Position numbers and translations under genes: made by a program. Positions 1 through 9,570 of a DNA stretch of 64,000 nucleotides are shown here, one piece after another. The DNA is taken from positions 171,017 through 235,016 of the forward strand of contig JBAXFJ010000001.1 in the NCBI GenBank assembly GCA_037139975.1, written 5' to 3'. The notes beneath the pieces are model-generated. The model searched no databases. It had not been told where the DNA came from and saw only the letters and a program-made list of their open reading frames with translations. The first letter of the stretch is position 1, and every line of letters begins with the position of its first letter. The stretch is from a bacterium (lineage in GTDB: Bacteria > Patescibacteriota > Minisyncoccia > Phycocordibacterales > SBAW01).

Positions 1-571
1 CCTCTGTTGTGCGAGTCTCCGTGTTTGCATGATGCTTCGCATCCACCTCAGCTCGTGCTTTGCGAATTGACTCAATAGCAGTATCGACTTCTTCGTCGGT
101 TGCGGGTGCGACCAGCTCTTCGGGAACGGTTTCGCCCATCTTCTTCCACTCCTTGGGCAAGTCAAACACCGGGTAGATCGCCACGCGCAAAGTTAAACCG
201 ACGGAGTTTCCTGCCTCGCCCGTGGCCGGGCTACGGCCGAGGGGCGCGAGCTTGGTGATGCGCACATCGGGGCGGCCCACGGCATCTATTTTATGTTCAG
301 TGATCAGTGCGGGATAGAGCTTTTGCATCGACAATTCGACTGCTTCTTCGAGAATGGCCACTTCGCCCACTTTTTTCTTGGCCATTTCGGGCGGCACGTG
401 GCCTTTGCGGAAGCCAGGCAGCTCGATTTCCCCTGCGATGTGTTCAAGGGCTTCTTTGGTGTACTGCTCGAGTGCCTCGGCGGGCACTTCACCCACCAGC
501 TCGACTTCAGACTCGGGTAAAACTTTCAGGGTAAAACCCTTGGCGATTTCTTCAAATGACGGTGATTGCAT
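1..571 (-). CDS. tig: trigger factor (N-terminal part; gene runs off the window start)
   Basis: Reverse-strand translation from the ATG at 571-569 gives MQSPSFEEIAKGFTLKVLPESEVELVGEVPAEALEQYTKEALEHIAGEIELPGFRKGHVPPEMAKK..., which carries the trigger-factor N-domain GFRKG(K/H)VP signature. It is not in the ORF track because there is no stop inside the window. Confidence 0.6.
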   Translation of the reverse strand, partial: MQSPSFEEIAKGFTLKVLPESEVELVGEVPAEALEQYTKEALEHIAGEIELPGFRKGHVPPEMAKKKVGEVAILEEAVELSMQKLYPALITEHKIDAVGRPDVRITKLAPLGRSPATGEAGNSVGLTLRVAIYPVFDLPKEWKKMGETVPEELVAPATDEEVDTAIESIRKARAEVDAKHHANTETRTTE

Positions 572-586
572 ACAGGGTAAGAGATT

Positions 587-603
587 CTAAGGTTAAACCT
601 TAG
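587..603. repeat. palindrome family, short copy CTAAGGTT-A-AACCTTAG (ppa/tig intergenic)
   Basis: A perfect 8-nt arms palindrome, followed by a gttttagggttag motif also seen at ~25300. Confidence 0.7.
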
Positions 604-619
604 GGTTTTAGGGTTAGTA

Positions 620-1150
620 TTATTTTGCGAACTTCTGCTTGTAGAGCGCGAGGCTCTCGTTGAATGCGGCCACAGCGGCATCTTTGCCTTTAATCCCTTT
701 GATTTCAACGGGCGCTGGCTTGCCTTTGAGGAGCTTGTAGGTTTCAAAAAAGTGCTGGATTTCTTTCAGTGTGTGCTTGTTGATGTCCGCCAAGTCTTGC
801 ACGTCGTCCCAACGCTTGTCTTCGTTTGGAACGGCGATGATTTTGTAGTCACTTTCACCGCTGTCCACCATCTCCATCACCGCGACGGGGCGCACTGTCA
901 CAAGGATGCCCACGGCGAGCGGGTAGGTGGTTAGGACAATGACGTCGAGTGCGTCGCCGTCGTGCCAGAGCGTCTGCGGCACAAAGCCATAGTCAAACGG
1001 GTATGCAGCAGATGAGTAGTTTGCGCGGTCGAGCTTGATGAGGCCTGTTTCTTTATCAATTTCGTATTTATTGTTCGAGCCGCTGGGGATCTCGATGATG
1101 GTGTTAATCTCTTCTGCGGTACCTGGGTCAATATCGTGCCAAAGATTCAT
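620..1150 (-). CDS. ppa: inorganic pyrophosphatase (family I)
   Basis: 176 aa; Y-PFDYGF, DGD-LDVIVL and K-IAVP motifs typical of soluble PPase. Confidence 0.9.
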   Translation of the reverse strand: MNLWHDIDPGTAEEINTIIEIPSGSNNKYEIDKETGLIKLDRANYSSAAYPFDYGFVPQTLWHDGDALDVIVLTTYPLAVGILVTVRPVAVMEMVDSGESDYKIIAVPNEDKRWDDVQDLADINKHTLKEIQHFFETYKLLKGKPAPVEIKGIKGKDAAVAAFNESLALYKQKFAK

Positions 1151-1173
1151 AGTTTAAATAAATTACTTTTTAA

Positions 1174-2319
1174 TTATGCTGCTACTTCCTCTGCTTCACT
1201 CTTTTCTTCTTTAACCTCCGTCGGTTTTTCAGGTTGATTCGACTGGATATCAATCCTCCAACCGGTCAGTTTCGCTGCGAGGCGCACATTTTGACCACCG
1301 CGGCCAATGGCGAGACTTTGCTGGTCGCTCGCAACGGTAACGCTTGCTTTGTGCTCCGTCTCGTCCAGCTCGATGCTTAAAATGCGCGCAGGAGAAAGGG
1401 CTTCTTCGATAAAGTGCTTTGGATCTTCATTCCACTCGATGATGTCGATTTTCTCGCCACCAAGCTCTGAGGTGACCGTCGAGACACGCACACCGCGCTG
1501 CCCCACGAGCGAGCCAACAGGGTCCACGTGCGGGTCGCTTGAGGCGACGGCAACTTTTGATCGAGATCCTGCCTCACGCGCGGTGGCCTTAAAAGTCACG
1601 ACGCCGTTCGCGACTTCAGGCACTTCCATCTCAAAGAGTTTGACCAAAAATTCAGGCTGGGCGCGTGAGAGGCGCAGGTAGATGCCTTTTGCGCTCTCTT
1701 CCACTTGAAAGAGCACGGCGCGCACGCGCTCGCCTTGGCGATAGCGCTCGCCCGGGATTTGCTCGTCATAGGGCAAAATGCCTGTTGCGCGGCCAAGGTC
1801 AATAAAGATGTTGCCACGCTCCATGCGCTGCACGGTTCCGCTCACAATTTCACCTTGGCGTTTGCCAAACTCGGCCACTACAGATACTTTTTCGGCTTCG
1901 CGTATCTTTTGGATAATAACTTGTTTTGCGGTTTGGGCCGCGATGCGGCCGTAGTCATCCTTTGCTTCAAGGGCAAAGACGAGTTCATCGCCCACCTTGG
2001 CGTCACGTTTGATAAACTTGGCATCGCTCAGCAAGATGTGCTGCTCGGGGTTGAAATGGGTGCGGTCTTCGCCTTCTTTTATATCACTCTCGTCAAAATA
2101 GACGGTGCTTTCGTCAGCAACTTCTTTTATTTGTTCAAATTCGGTCGTGCCAGCACTCAAATCAATTTGAGCACGGATAATCTGCCCGCGTTTTGCATAT
2201 TCTTTTTTATAGGCGGTGGCGAGTGCTGCTTCGATAGCTTCGATAACTTTGGCTTTTGGGATACCGCGTTCTTCTTCGAGCTCGGTCAACACCGAATTCA
2301 TAACTTTGAGGTCAAACAT
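1174..2319 (-). CDS. nusA: transcription termination/antitermination factor NusA
   Basis: 381 aa; NusA N-domain, S1 domain and two KH domains (GRGGQNVRLAAKLTGWRIDI). Confidence 0.9.
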   Translation of the reverse strand: MFDLKVMNSVLTELEEERGIPKAKVIEAIEAALATAYKKEYAKRGQIIRAQIDLSAGTTEFEQIKEVADESTVYFDESDIKEGEDRTHFNPEQHILLSDAKFIKRDAKVGDELVFALEAKDDYGRIAAQTAKQVIIQKIREAEKVSVVAEFGKRQGEIVSGTVQRMERGNIFIDLGRATGILPYDEQIPGERYRQGERVRAVLFQVEESAKGIYLRLSRAQPEFLVKLFEMEVPEVANGVVTFKATAREAGSRSKVAVASSDPHVDPVGSLVGQRGVRVSTVTSELGGEKIDIIEWNEDPKHFIEEALSPARILSIELDETEHKASVTVASDQQSLAIGRGGQNVRLAAKLTGWRIDIQSNQPEKPTEVKEEKSEAEEVAA

Positions 2320-2444
2320 ACGTCTATATTGTTAGTTTTTAGAGGCACATGAGTGCTGTCTAGCTTCTTATAAAATAAGAAAACCACCCACTCGGGGCGG
2401 CGTACCAGACGCTTGAATAATAGCCAAAGGAGTGGGAAAAGTCA

Positions 2445-5400
2445 ATGTTGTTGGATGTTGTATATAAAGCCGCTCTTCTTTTTTGTGTTCCTGGCCTGGT
2501 GCGCTCTAGGGCGCGTTATCCACACAAAAGTTTTTCTTACGCGTTTGCATACGCAAAGAGTGCTAGGATTTGGGTAATGCGTACACGCACTACATTTCTA
2601 CTTCTTGCTTTTTTCCTTGTGATTGGTTTTTCATCTTTATTTACAAATCAAGGAAGGGGGATAGGTGCCGCTTTGTATAGCGGTCTCATTGAAACCCACA
2701 TTGCGCAAGCTGCTGGCAGTGTCACAAACGATGCTGGCAATACGTGGACCAACTATTGTTATGGTCTCATTGAAGATGAGATGTGCACCGTTAGTCCGCT
2801 GGCTTGGGAAAACTGGGAAACATGCAACGCTGACGGCACCATCACTGCTAATGTTGGCTGGAATTATGTGGGGGTGCCACAAGGTAGTGGTGGTTGGTAT
2901 CTGCAGTTGAATTCTGGGGACTTGCCTGTCTCTGGCAATTTAGGTGTTGCAGACAATCACACTTTCGCAGGACTTTCGCCTAATCGATCATACAATATTT
3001 ATTTTGATGTTTTTCTTGGTCCGCGTTGGAACTCAGGCTGGTGGGCTACCGATAATTTTCCTGGTGGTGCAGCCTACAGAAACCATCTCAACACTGGCCC
3101 TTGTGTTTCCTCTCCCACAGGCTCCATCAGCAGCCTCACCAACCCCTGCCAAATAGCCAGCGGCCAAACCACCTGCACGCCGCTCTTTAACTGGAACACA
3201 GCAAACACCAACGGCACAGTCGTAACCAATATTGTCGGTAGTGCGCCATATGCCGACGAGACAGCCTATACTTGGTATATTCCTGCTAACGGTTCTGGCG
3301 GGCACGGTGCCGCGCTTCCTGCTGGTAATTACACTATTAAGTTATATGGACAAAATTCGGCTGGCGGCTGGGTGCTTCTTGATTCAAAGCCGACTACGGT
3401 TGTTTCAGCCCCAACAGGCACACTCACCACCCCAAGCTCCTGTTATATTCCGAGCGGTCAGACTACGTGCACACCGCTCTTTGATTGGCAAACCGCGCAA
3501 ACCAATGGCGTAGTTCAGCTTAATATCGTCAATGCAAACGGCGCTCAGCCGTATCCCACCGAATCGTTGTACGTCGCCAACCGAGGCACCGCAATCACTG
3601 GTACTCCTGGTACGGCGCTTCCTGTTGGTACCTATACCGTTAAGTTGTACGGCCAAAATTCAGCAGGCACCTGGGTGCTTCTTGACTCTAAGCAGGTCAC
3701 GATTGTTCCTTTCCCAACCGCAACTCTCTCCGTTTCTCCAACCTCGGTTGCATACAACGGTCAAGCAACACTCACTTGGAGTTCAACCAACGCCACCTCC
3801 TGCACCGCAGGGGGGCCGTGGTCTAACGCAAGCGCCCCGCTTGGGGGTACTGGATCGACGGGGGCGCTTATTGCAAATGCTACGTATACGCTCCAATGTA
3901 CGGGTCCTGGAGGTACCACACCGCTCCAGTCGGTGACGGTTTCGATCAATAACCGAACTCCTGCGGGGTATCTGGATTCTGCCAGCTGTTCGGCTTTGAG
4001 TGGTTGGGTAGTGGATCCAGACAGCGCCAACAGCATCGCGAGTGTGCGTATCTTCGACGGCCCTTCGAGCACAGGCACACTCATTGGCACGTACCCCACA
4101 AGCGTGTTCCGAGGTGACGTTACCGAACCGAACACAGGCATTGCTGGTCTTGTTGCTGGCAATCATGGATTCTCTGTGCCAACGCCGGCAAGCCTCCTCG
4201 GGGGCGCGACTCACAGCATCTATGCTTATGGGGTGGACATTCAAACGGGCGGATTGACGAATTTGGGCTCGAGTCCAAAAAGTATCACCTGCCCGACCCC
4301 AACCGCAACTCTCTCCGTTTCTCCAACCTCAATTGCATACAACGGCCAAGCAACACTCACTTGGAGCTCAACTAACGCCACCTCCTGCACCGCAGGGGGG
4401 CCGTGGTCTAACGCAAGCGCACCGCTTGGGGGTAGTGGATCGACGGGGGCGCTTATTGCAAACGCGACGTATACGCTCCAATGTACGGGCAATGGCCAAA
4501 CATCTGCACTGCAGTCAGTGACGGTTGGGGTGGGAGCCGCTCCGGTAAATGGTGTGTGTGCTGCAACACACTACAGCTGTAGTGCTGGTACGAGTGCTAC
4601 TACTGTGGAAGGAGCAAGCACCTACACGTGGAGTTGTGTTGGCCTTAACGCGGGGACCACCGCCTCGTGTTCCGAGGCGAAGCCAGCGCCAACCGCAACG
4701 CTCGCTGTTTCTCCAACCTCGGTTGCATACAACGGTCAAGCAACACTCACTTGGAGTTCAACCAACGCCACCTCCTGCACCGCAGGGGGGCCGTGGTCTA
4801 ACGCAAGCGCCCCGCTTGGGGGTACTGGATCGACGGGGGCGCTTATTGCAAACGCGACGTATACGCTCCAATGTACGGGAAATGGTCAAACGTCCGCGCT
4901 CCAGTCAGTGACGGTTACCACGAGTCCTCCCCTGTCTTGTACTTCACTGTGGGGCGGTGCAGCCATCGCCAATGGCGACTCCGTGACCGCATATCACACA
5001 GCTTCGACCATCTATCCTGCCACCTGCGCCCAAGAAACGCGTGCTTGCGGCAACGGAGTATTGAGTGGAAGTTACACAAACCAGACGTGCGCGGTCTTGC
5101 AGCCTGATCTCATCGCCTCCACCGTCATCCCAAACACTGCGGTGGCTGGTAGCGCTGTCACGCTCTCTGCAACCGTCACTAACCGAGGCACCGCAAGCAC
5201 TGGCGCAAGCTTCTCGAACTTCTTCCAAGTCGCCACTGCCACAAACGGTGGCGGCACAGTCACCGACCTCGCTCCCGCAGTGATGTCTGCACTTGCGGCA
5301 AATGCATCAGGCGCCACAGCGAAGCCCTACACCTTCACCACCGCAGGCACCTACTCGGTCCGCGCCTGTGCTGACAAGTCTTCTGCTACTGACCTTGGCG

Positions 5401-7784
5401 CCATCGCCGAGTCAGATGAAACCAACAACTGTGGGACATGGACTAATGTAGTGGTTACCGCTGCTCCTGCGTCTGACCTCACCACCTCAGCTGCCCAACC
5501 AACCGCAGCGGTAGTTGGCAACGCTGTCACGCTCTCTGCAACCGTCACTAACCGAGGCACCGCAAGCACTGGCGCAAGCTTCTCGAACTTCTTCCAAGTC
5601 GCCACTGCCACAAACGGTGGCGGCACAGTCACAGACCTTGCTCCTGCGGTGATGTCTGCACTTGCGGCAAATGCATCAGGCGCCACAGCCAAGTCTTACA
5701 CCTTTACTGCTGCAGGCACCTACTCGGTCCGCGCCTGTGCCGATAAGTCTTCTTCTGCGGACCCTGGCGCCATCGCCGAGTCAGACGAAACCAACAACTG
5801 TGGGACATGGACTGATGTAGTGATTGATTATCCTGGAGCAACCTCTGCCCTGCATGGGCAAGGGTGTGTGCTCCCTGTGGGGGGAGGCACATGCAACCTC
5901 ACTGCATGGTGGAGCATCACCGGTCTTACTGCAGGTGAGACGGTTGACGTGAGTGTCACGGGGCCTGGTCTTGCAATACGCACCTTTAAAAATATTCCTG
6001 CAGACTCAACCAAACTCACTCGCGCAACACGCAGAAGTCTTCTTGCTGCGGTGCTGGGTGGTTTTGGCGCTACTCAAGATTCGACAACACCTTTTATCCA
6101 GGCAGTTGGCACTGCAGGGACGTTCAATCTGACACTTACCCGGCACGCCAACCAATCTGCACTAGGTTCGTTTGCACTCTTTGCTTGTCCTCCAGGAACA
6201 ACTAATGTCAACGAAGTTTGCACAGGCGCTCCTGACTTGATAGCGGGTGCCACAGTGCCAACTGCTGCGGTTGCAGGCATCATCACCACGCTTTCGGGAG
6301 TGATCACCAACCAGGGCGGCGCAAGCACCGGCACTACGTTCACGAGCCTGTTTGAAATAAACTCCAACAACAATCCAACAAGTTTCCATAGTATTGAAGC
6401 AACCCAGACCTACGTCACCCCTGCACTTGCGGTGGGTGGTACAAACACCGCAACAACGCCTTACAGTTTCCCCGCGTCTGGTACCTACTATGTGCGCCTC
6501 TGTGCAGACACAAACGACAGCAATGTGGGTACCATCACCGAAGCAAACGCTTTGGGTACTGGTGAGACCAACAACTGCGGCCCTTGGACCCCTGTGATTG
6601 TGACCGCTCCTGACCTGATTGCGGGCGGCGCTTCTCCGGTGTCGGCGACCGCTGGCGCGTCCATATTCCTCAGTGCACCAATCTCCAACCAAGGCACCGC
6701 AGACGTCACTCAAAACTTCTCTAACTTCTTTCAGGTGGCGGTTGATGTGAACGATGCCACCACCATTACCGATCTTGCTCCTACCACCATGACTCCCTTG
6801 TCAAAAGGCGCTACACGACTTGCAGCACGACCATATTCATTTGGAGCAGGCACCTACTACGTCCGTGTGTGTGCCGACAAAACGTCACGCAACGATGGGG
6901 GAGTAATCACCGAGTCAAATGCTACCGACGCATCCTCGATTGATACAGGCGAGACCAACAACTGCGGCAGCTGGGCAAAGACGGTGGTGTGCGCGGCGGG
7001 CAAAGTCTATTTTGGCGGCTCGTGTCTCTTTACTCCACCAGGGTGTCCTCTTGATACAGTGAATGATGCTGGGCTGTGTTGCCCAGTGGGACAGGTCAAT
7101 GGTGGTGGTGTATGCGTTCCTTCATGCACAAACGACTATGTGCTTGTGAATAACCAGTGCGTACCCGCGGTATGTTCTGGCACTACCTCGTGTGTTTCGG
7201 GTCCAAACATCTGCGGTATGACGAACCCAGGCACCTATGACCCAGCCACGTGCACGTGCGTTGCCACACCGCCTGCAGATTCTTTGTGCCATATATGCAC
7301 ACCAAACGCCGCGTGTGCCGCAAGTGCTGCAAACAACTGTGGTTCAAGTAGCGGTACTTGCAATGCGGCAGGCAGCTTCTGCGCTCCACCCGCAGACAAC
7401 GTGTCGTGTTCTGTGGGGGCGGTCTGTAACCCAGGACAAGTGGGCACGCCGCCAAACTGCAGCTACCCTGGTTCTACTGGTTCAGTAAATGGTTCAACTT
7501 TCGCTCCAACAATCACACTAAACGCACCTGCGCGTGTTCGTGCGGGAGGCACTGCAACGCTCACGTGGTCTGCAACGGGCTCTACTCAATGTGTTCTGAC
7601 AGGTCCCCACCTGCCAAGTGCGACGGTTACAGTAACTGGTGATGCAAACAGCAATGTTGCAAGTCAACAAGTCGCCGCGACTATCCTGGGACAAAGTGTA
7701 TACACAGTCAGGTGCTCAGGCCTTGGAGGCTCTGTTTCAGTGAGCAGGACGGTAAACCTTATTCCGCAAGTCATCGAACAATAA
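2445..7784 (+). CDS. giant secreted surface protein with CARDB-like and Ig-like tandem repeats and a Cys-rich C-terminal region (adhesin-like)
   Basis: 1779 aa. A signal/TM segment (MRTRTTFLLLAFFLVIGFSSLF) suggests the real start may be the ATG at 2577. Contains 2 N-terminal ~95-aa repeats, 3 (+1 C-terminal) Ig-like 'ATLTWSSTNATSCTAGGPW...YTLQCTG' modules, 4 CARDB-type modules (NRGTASTG...ESDETNNCG) and a ~150-aa cysteine-rich block. Gly/Thr/Ser/Asn-rich composition. Confidence 0.85.
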   Translation: MLLDVVYKAALLFCVPGLVRSRARYPHKSFSYAFAYAKSARIWVMRTRTTFLLLAFFLVIGFSSLFTNQGRGIGAALYSGLIETHIAQAAGSVTNDAGNTWTNYCYGLIEDEMCTVSPLAWENWETCNADGTITANVGWNYVGVPQGSGGWYLQLNSGDLPVSGNLGVADNHTFAGLSPNRSYNIYFDVFLGPRWNSGWWATDNFPGGAAYRNHLNTGPCVSSPTGSISSLTNPCQIASGQTTCTPLFNWNTANTNGTVVTNIVGSAPYADETAYTWYIPANGSGGHGAALPAGNYTIKLYGQNSAGGWVLLDSKPTTVVSAPTGTLTTPSSCYIPSGQTTCTPLFDWQTAQTNGVVQLNIVNANGAQPYPTESLYVANRGTAITGTPGTALPVGTYTVKLYGQNSAGTWVLLDSKQVTIVPFPTATLSVSPTSVAYNGQATLTWSSTNATSCTAGGPWSNASAPLGGTGSTGALIANATYTLQCTGPGGTTPLQSVTVSINNRTPAGYLDSASCSALSGWVVDPDSANSIASVRIFDGPSSTGTLIGTYPTSVFRGDVTEPNTGIAGLVAGNHGFSVPTPASLLGGATHSIYAYGVDIQTGGLTNLGSSPKSITCPTPTATLSVSPTSIAYNGQATLTWSSTNATSCTAGGPWSNASAPLGGSGSTGALIANATYTLQCTGNGQTSALQSVTVGVGAAPVNGVCAATHYSCSAGTSATTVEGASTYTWSCVGLNAGTTASCSEAKPAPTATLAVSPTSVAYNGQATLTWSSTNATSCTAGGPWSNASAPLGGTGSTGALIANATYTLQCTGNGQTSALQSVTVTTSPPLSCTSLWGGAAIANGDSVTAYHTASTIYPATCAQETRACGNGVLSGSYTNQTCAVLQPDLIASTVIPNTAVAGSAVTLSATVTNRGTASTGASFSNFFQVATATNGGGTVTDLAPAVMSALAANASGATAKPYTFTTAGTYSVRACADKSSATDLGAIAESDETNNCGTWTNVVVTAAPASDLTTSAAQPTAAVVGNAVTLSATVTNRGTASTGASFSNFFQVATATNGGGTVTDLAPAVMSALAANASGATAKSYTFTAAGTYSVRACADKSSSADPGAIAESDETNNCGTWTDVVIDYPGATSALHGQGCVLPVGGGTCNLTAWWSITGLTAGETVDVSVTGPGLAIRTFKNIPADSTKLTRATRRSLLAAVLGGFGATQDSTTPFIQAVGTAGTFNLTLTRHANQSALGSFALFACPPGTTNVNEVCTGAPDLIAGATVPTAAVAGIITTLSGVITNQGGASTGTTFTSLFEINSNNNPTSFHSIEATQTYVTPALAVGGTNTATTPYSFPASGTYYVRLCADTNDSNVGTITEANALGTGETNNCGPWTPVIVTAPDLIAGGASPVSATAGASIFLSAPISNQGTADVTQNFSNFFQVAVDVNDATTITDLAPTTMTPLSKGATRLAARPYSFGAGTYYVRVCADKTSRNDGGVITESNATDASSIDTGETNNCGSWAKTVVCAAGKVYFGGSCLFTPPGCPLDTVNDAGLCCPVGQVNGGGVCVPSCTNDYVLVNNQCVPAVCSGTTSCVSGPNICGMTNPGTYDPATCTCVATPPADSLCHICTPNAACAASAANNCGSSSGTCNAAGSFCAPPADNVSCSVGAVCNPGQVGTPPNCSYPGSTGSVNGSTFAPTITLNAPARVRAGGTATLTWSATGSTQCVLTGPHLPSATVTVTGDANSNVASQQVAATILGQSVYTVRCSGLGGSVSVSRTVNLIPQVIEQ
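3713..4915 (+). repeat. three near-identical ~225-bp intragenic direct repeats (about 3713-3940, 4295-4525, 4685-4915)
   Basis: Nucleotide copies beginning ccaaccgcaactctctccgtttctccaacctc... are almost identical at DNA level with irregular spacing (582 and 390 bp). They encode the Ig-like PTATLSVSPTS...LQCTG module. Confidence 0.85.
5095..5820 (+). repeat. two tandem near-identical ~360-bp copies of the CARDB-module coding sequence (about 5095-5460 and 5461-5820), followed by two diverged copies (about 6230-6990)
   Basis: The string ctgtcacgctctctgcaaccgtcactaaccgaggcaccgcaagcactggcgcaagcttctcgaacttcttccaagtcgccactgccacaaacggtggcggcacagtcac occurs in both copies. Confidence 0.85.
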
Positions 7785-7851
7785 TAAATTAGGGTGTTTT
7801 GTGTGCGAATGTGCAAAGAAAAAAGAAGCACGCGTAGTATACTGAAGTGGT

Positions 7852-9564
7852 ATGCAGGCGCATGAGGAAAGTCTTGCCACATTTTTACGTGACGCGGGGA
7901 TGGTGTCGCGCTCGCAGTTGGAGTCGCTTGTGCGGCGAGTGACGGTCTCGGGCGAAGCGTTTCACCACGTGCTTTCCACTTCAGGCGCGCTCAGTGAAGA
8001 CGAGGTGCGTCGCGCACTTTCAAAAGTGCTTGGAGTGCCTTTTGTCTCACTTACTACAGAATCGATCTCGCCGGAGGCGTTGGTGCATATACCCGAACCT
8101 TTTGCACGGTCTCATGGTGTGGTTGCATACCAGATGCACCGCGAGCGCGGCGTTCCTGGAGGGATCCTCCTTGAGGTTGCGTTGCTTGATATGGATGCGC
8201 ATGCGTCACTGCAGCAGCTCGACTTGCCCTACACGGTGCGCGTGCGTCTCACCGACAGGGCGTCGCTCACTCGTGCATTGCTGCTCTATCAAAAGGTGCT
8301 CAAAGATTCTTTTTCGTCTCAGGCGCAGGAGCCGCTTGCAGTGGTGGATGCATTGCTCGAACGAGGTCTTTACAGCAAGGCCGAAGCGATTCATCTGTCG
8401 CCAACCGAGAATGGTTTTTTGGCGCACTACCGTATTGGTGGTGAATTGTATGAAGCACTAACGCTCTCGTTTGAGGTTGGGCAAGTTGTGTTGCAAAGAG
8501 TTGCTACGCTTGCGCATGTGATTGTTGGCACACAAACCCCTCAAGAAGGCAGTTTCAAAATCGCTGCAGGGGATGAAGAAGTGTCTGTTCGTGCCTCGCT
8601 GCTCCCGACTGTGGCGGGCGATGCGCTCACCCTGCATCTGTTACGTGCGGGAGTGGGTGCTGCGGGGCACACGCTCGAGTCTCTTGGTTTTCATGGCGCA
8701 GGACTTGCGCGCCTGAGGCATGCGCTTCATGCCCGTTCCGGGTTGGTGCTGGTTTCTGGGGGCGACCATGCTGGCGTCACCACACTTCTCTATACACTGC
8801 TTGATACGCTTGGTGGGTATACGCACACTACCATCACCGTTGAGGGTGGTGTGTCAGTACGCCTTCCCTATGCGCTGCAAACTGAAGCAGGGGGTGATGG
8901 CGGTGTATCAATGGCGACAGGGGTCCGTGCAGCGCTCTTGCAAGACCCTGACGTGCTCATGATTTCTCAGATTGCTGATCGAGAAACCGCCTTGCTTGCG
9001 GTCTCTGCTGCGCAGAGGGGTGTTTTAGTAGTTGCGGGGGTTGCTGCCACATCAGCTTCGGTTGGTATTGCCAACCTTCTGTCCTTGGGCGTTTCTTCGA
9101 CCATGTTGGCGAGCTCTCTTGCAGTGTCTGTGGGGACGAACTTGGTGCGGGCGCTGTGTCCGGCGTGCAAGAGCGGCGCCGAAGCATATAAGTTGTCGCG
9201 TGCCGAAATGGCTTCGCTGGAAGGCGAGGTAGATTTCAGTCGCATATTGTCTGCGCTGAAGGAGACGCGCAGTGTAACAGAAGACGCGCCGTGGAAGACA
9301 GTATCTTTTATACATCCCAACACGTGTGATGCGTGCCAAGATGGGTACCAAGGGTACTGCGGTGTGCAAGAAGTGTTTGTGTCTTCGCGTGCGATACAAC
9401 AGAGTGTTGTTGCATATGCTGCATATCCAGACGATGCGGTGTTCGCATATGCGATAGAAACAGCCGCTCGAGCCGATGGGGCGATCACCCTGATTGAAGA
9501 CGGTGTATACAAGGCAGCCCAAGGCCGTACGAGCCTAGAGGAGGTGCTTTCGCTCGAAGCGTAG
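7852..9564 (+). CDS. PilB/GspE-family (type II/IV secretion 'ATPase') paralog with degenerate catalytic motifs; predicted pseudo-ATPase
   Basis: 570 aa. GspE_N-like N-domain, a conserved core (RASLLPTVAGDALTLHLL; ITVEGGVSVRLPY) and a C-terminal tetracysteine CPAC...CDAC motif. Walker A reads GGDHAGVTT (Lys->Val), Walker B/Asp box reads DPDVLMISQIAD (Glu->Gln), and the His box reads RGVLVVAGVAATSA (His lost). Confidence 0.75.
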   Translation: MQAHEESLATFLRDAGMVSRSQLESLVRRVTVSGEAFHHVLSTSGALSEDEVRRALSKVLGVPFVSLTTESISPEALVHIPEPFARSHGVVAYQMHRERGVPGGILLEVALLDMDAHASLQQLDLPYTVRVRLTDRASLTRALLLYQKVLKDSFSSQAQEPLAVVDALLERGLYSKAEAIHLSPTENGFLAHYRIGGELYEALTLSFEVGQVVLQRVATLAHVIVGTQTPQEGSFKIAAGDEEVSVRASLLPTVAGDALTLHLLRAGVGAAGHTLESLGFHGAGLARLRHALHARSGLVLVSGGDHAGVTTLLYTLLDTLGGYTHTTITVEGGVSVRLPYALQTEAGGDGGVSMATGVRAALLQDPDVLMISQIADRETALLAVSAAQRGVLVVAGVAATSASVGIANLLSLGVSSTMLASSLAVSVGTNLVRALCPACKSGAEAYKLSRAEMASLEGEVDFSRILSALKETRSVTEDAPWKTVSFIHPNTCDACQDGYQGYCGVQEVFVSSRAIQQSVVAYAAYPDDAVFAYAIETAARADGAITLIEDGVYKAAQGRTSLEEVLSLEA

Positions 9565-9570
9565 TATAGT

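Noticed and set aside
1705-2352. 215-aa + strand ORF
   Set aside because: Antisense to nusA, with no motifs and biased composition.
3713-5820. Possible CRISPR array suggested by regularly repeated sequence
   Set aside because: The repeats are 225-360 bp, in frame and coding for protein domains, with no short spacer/repeat periodicity. No CRISPR array was found in the window.
6162-6713. 183-aa and other - strand ORFs inside 2445-7784
   Set aside because: Shadows of the GC-rich repeat gene on the opposite strand.
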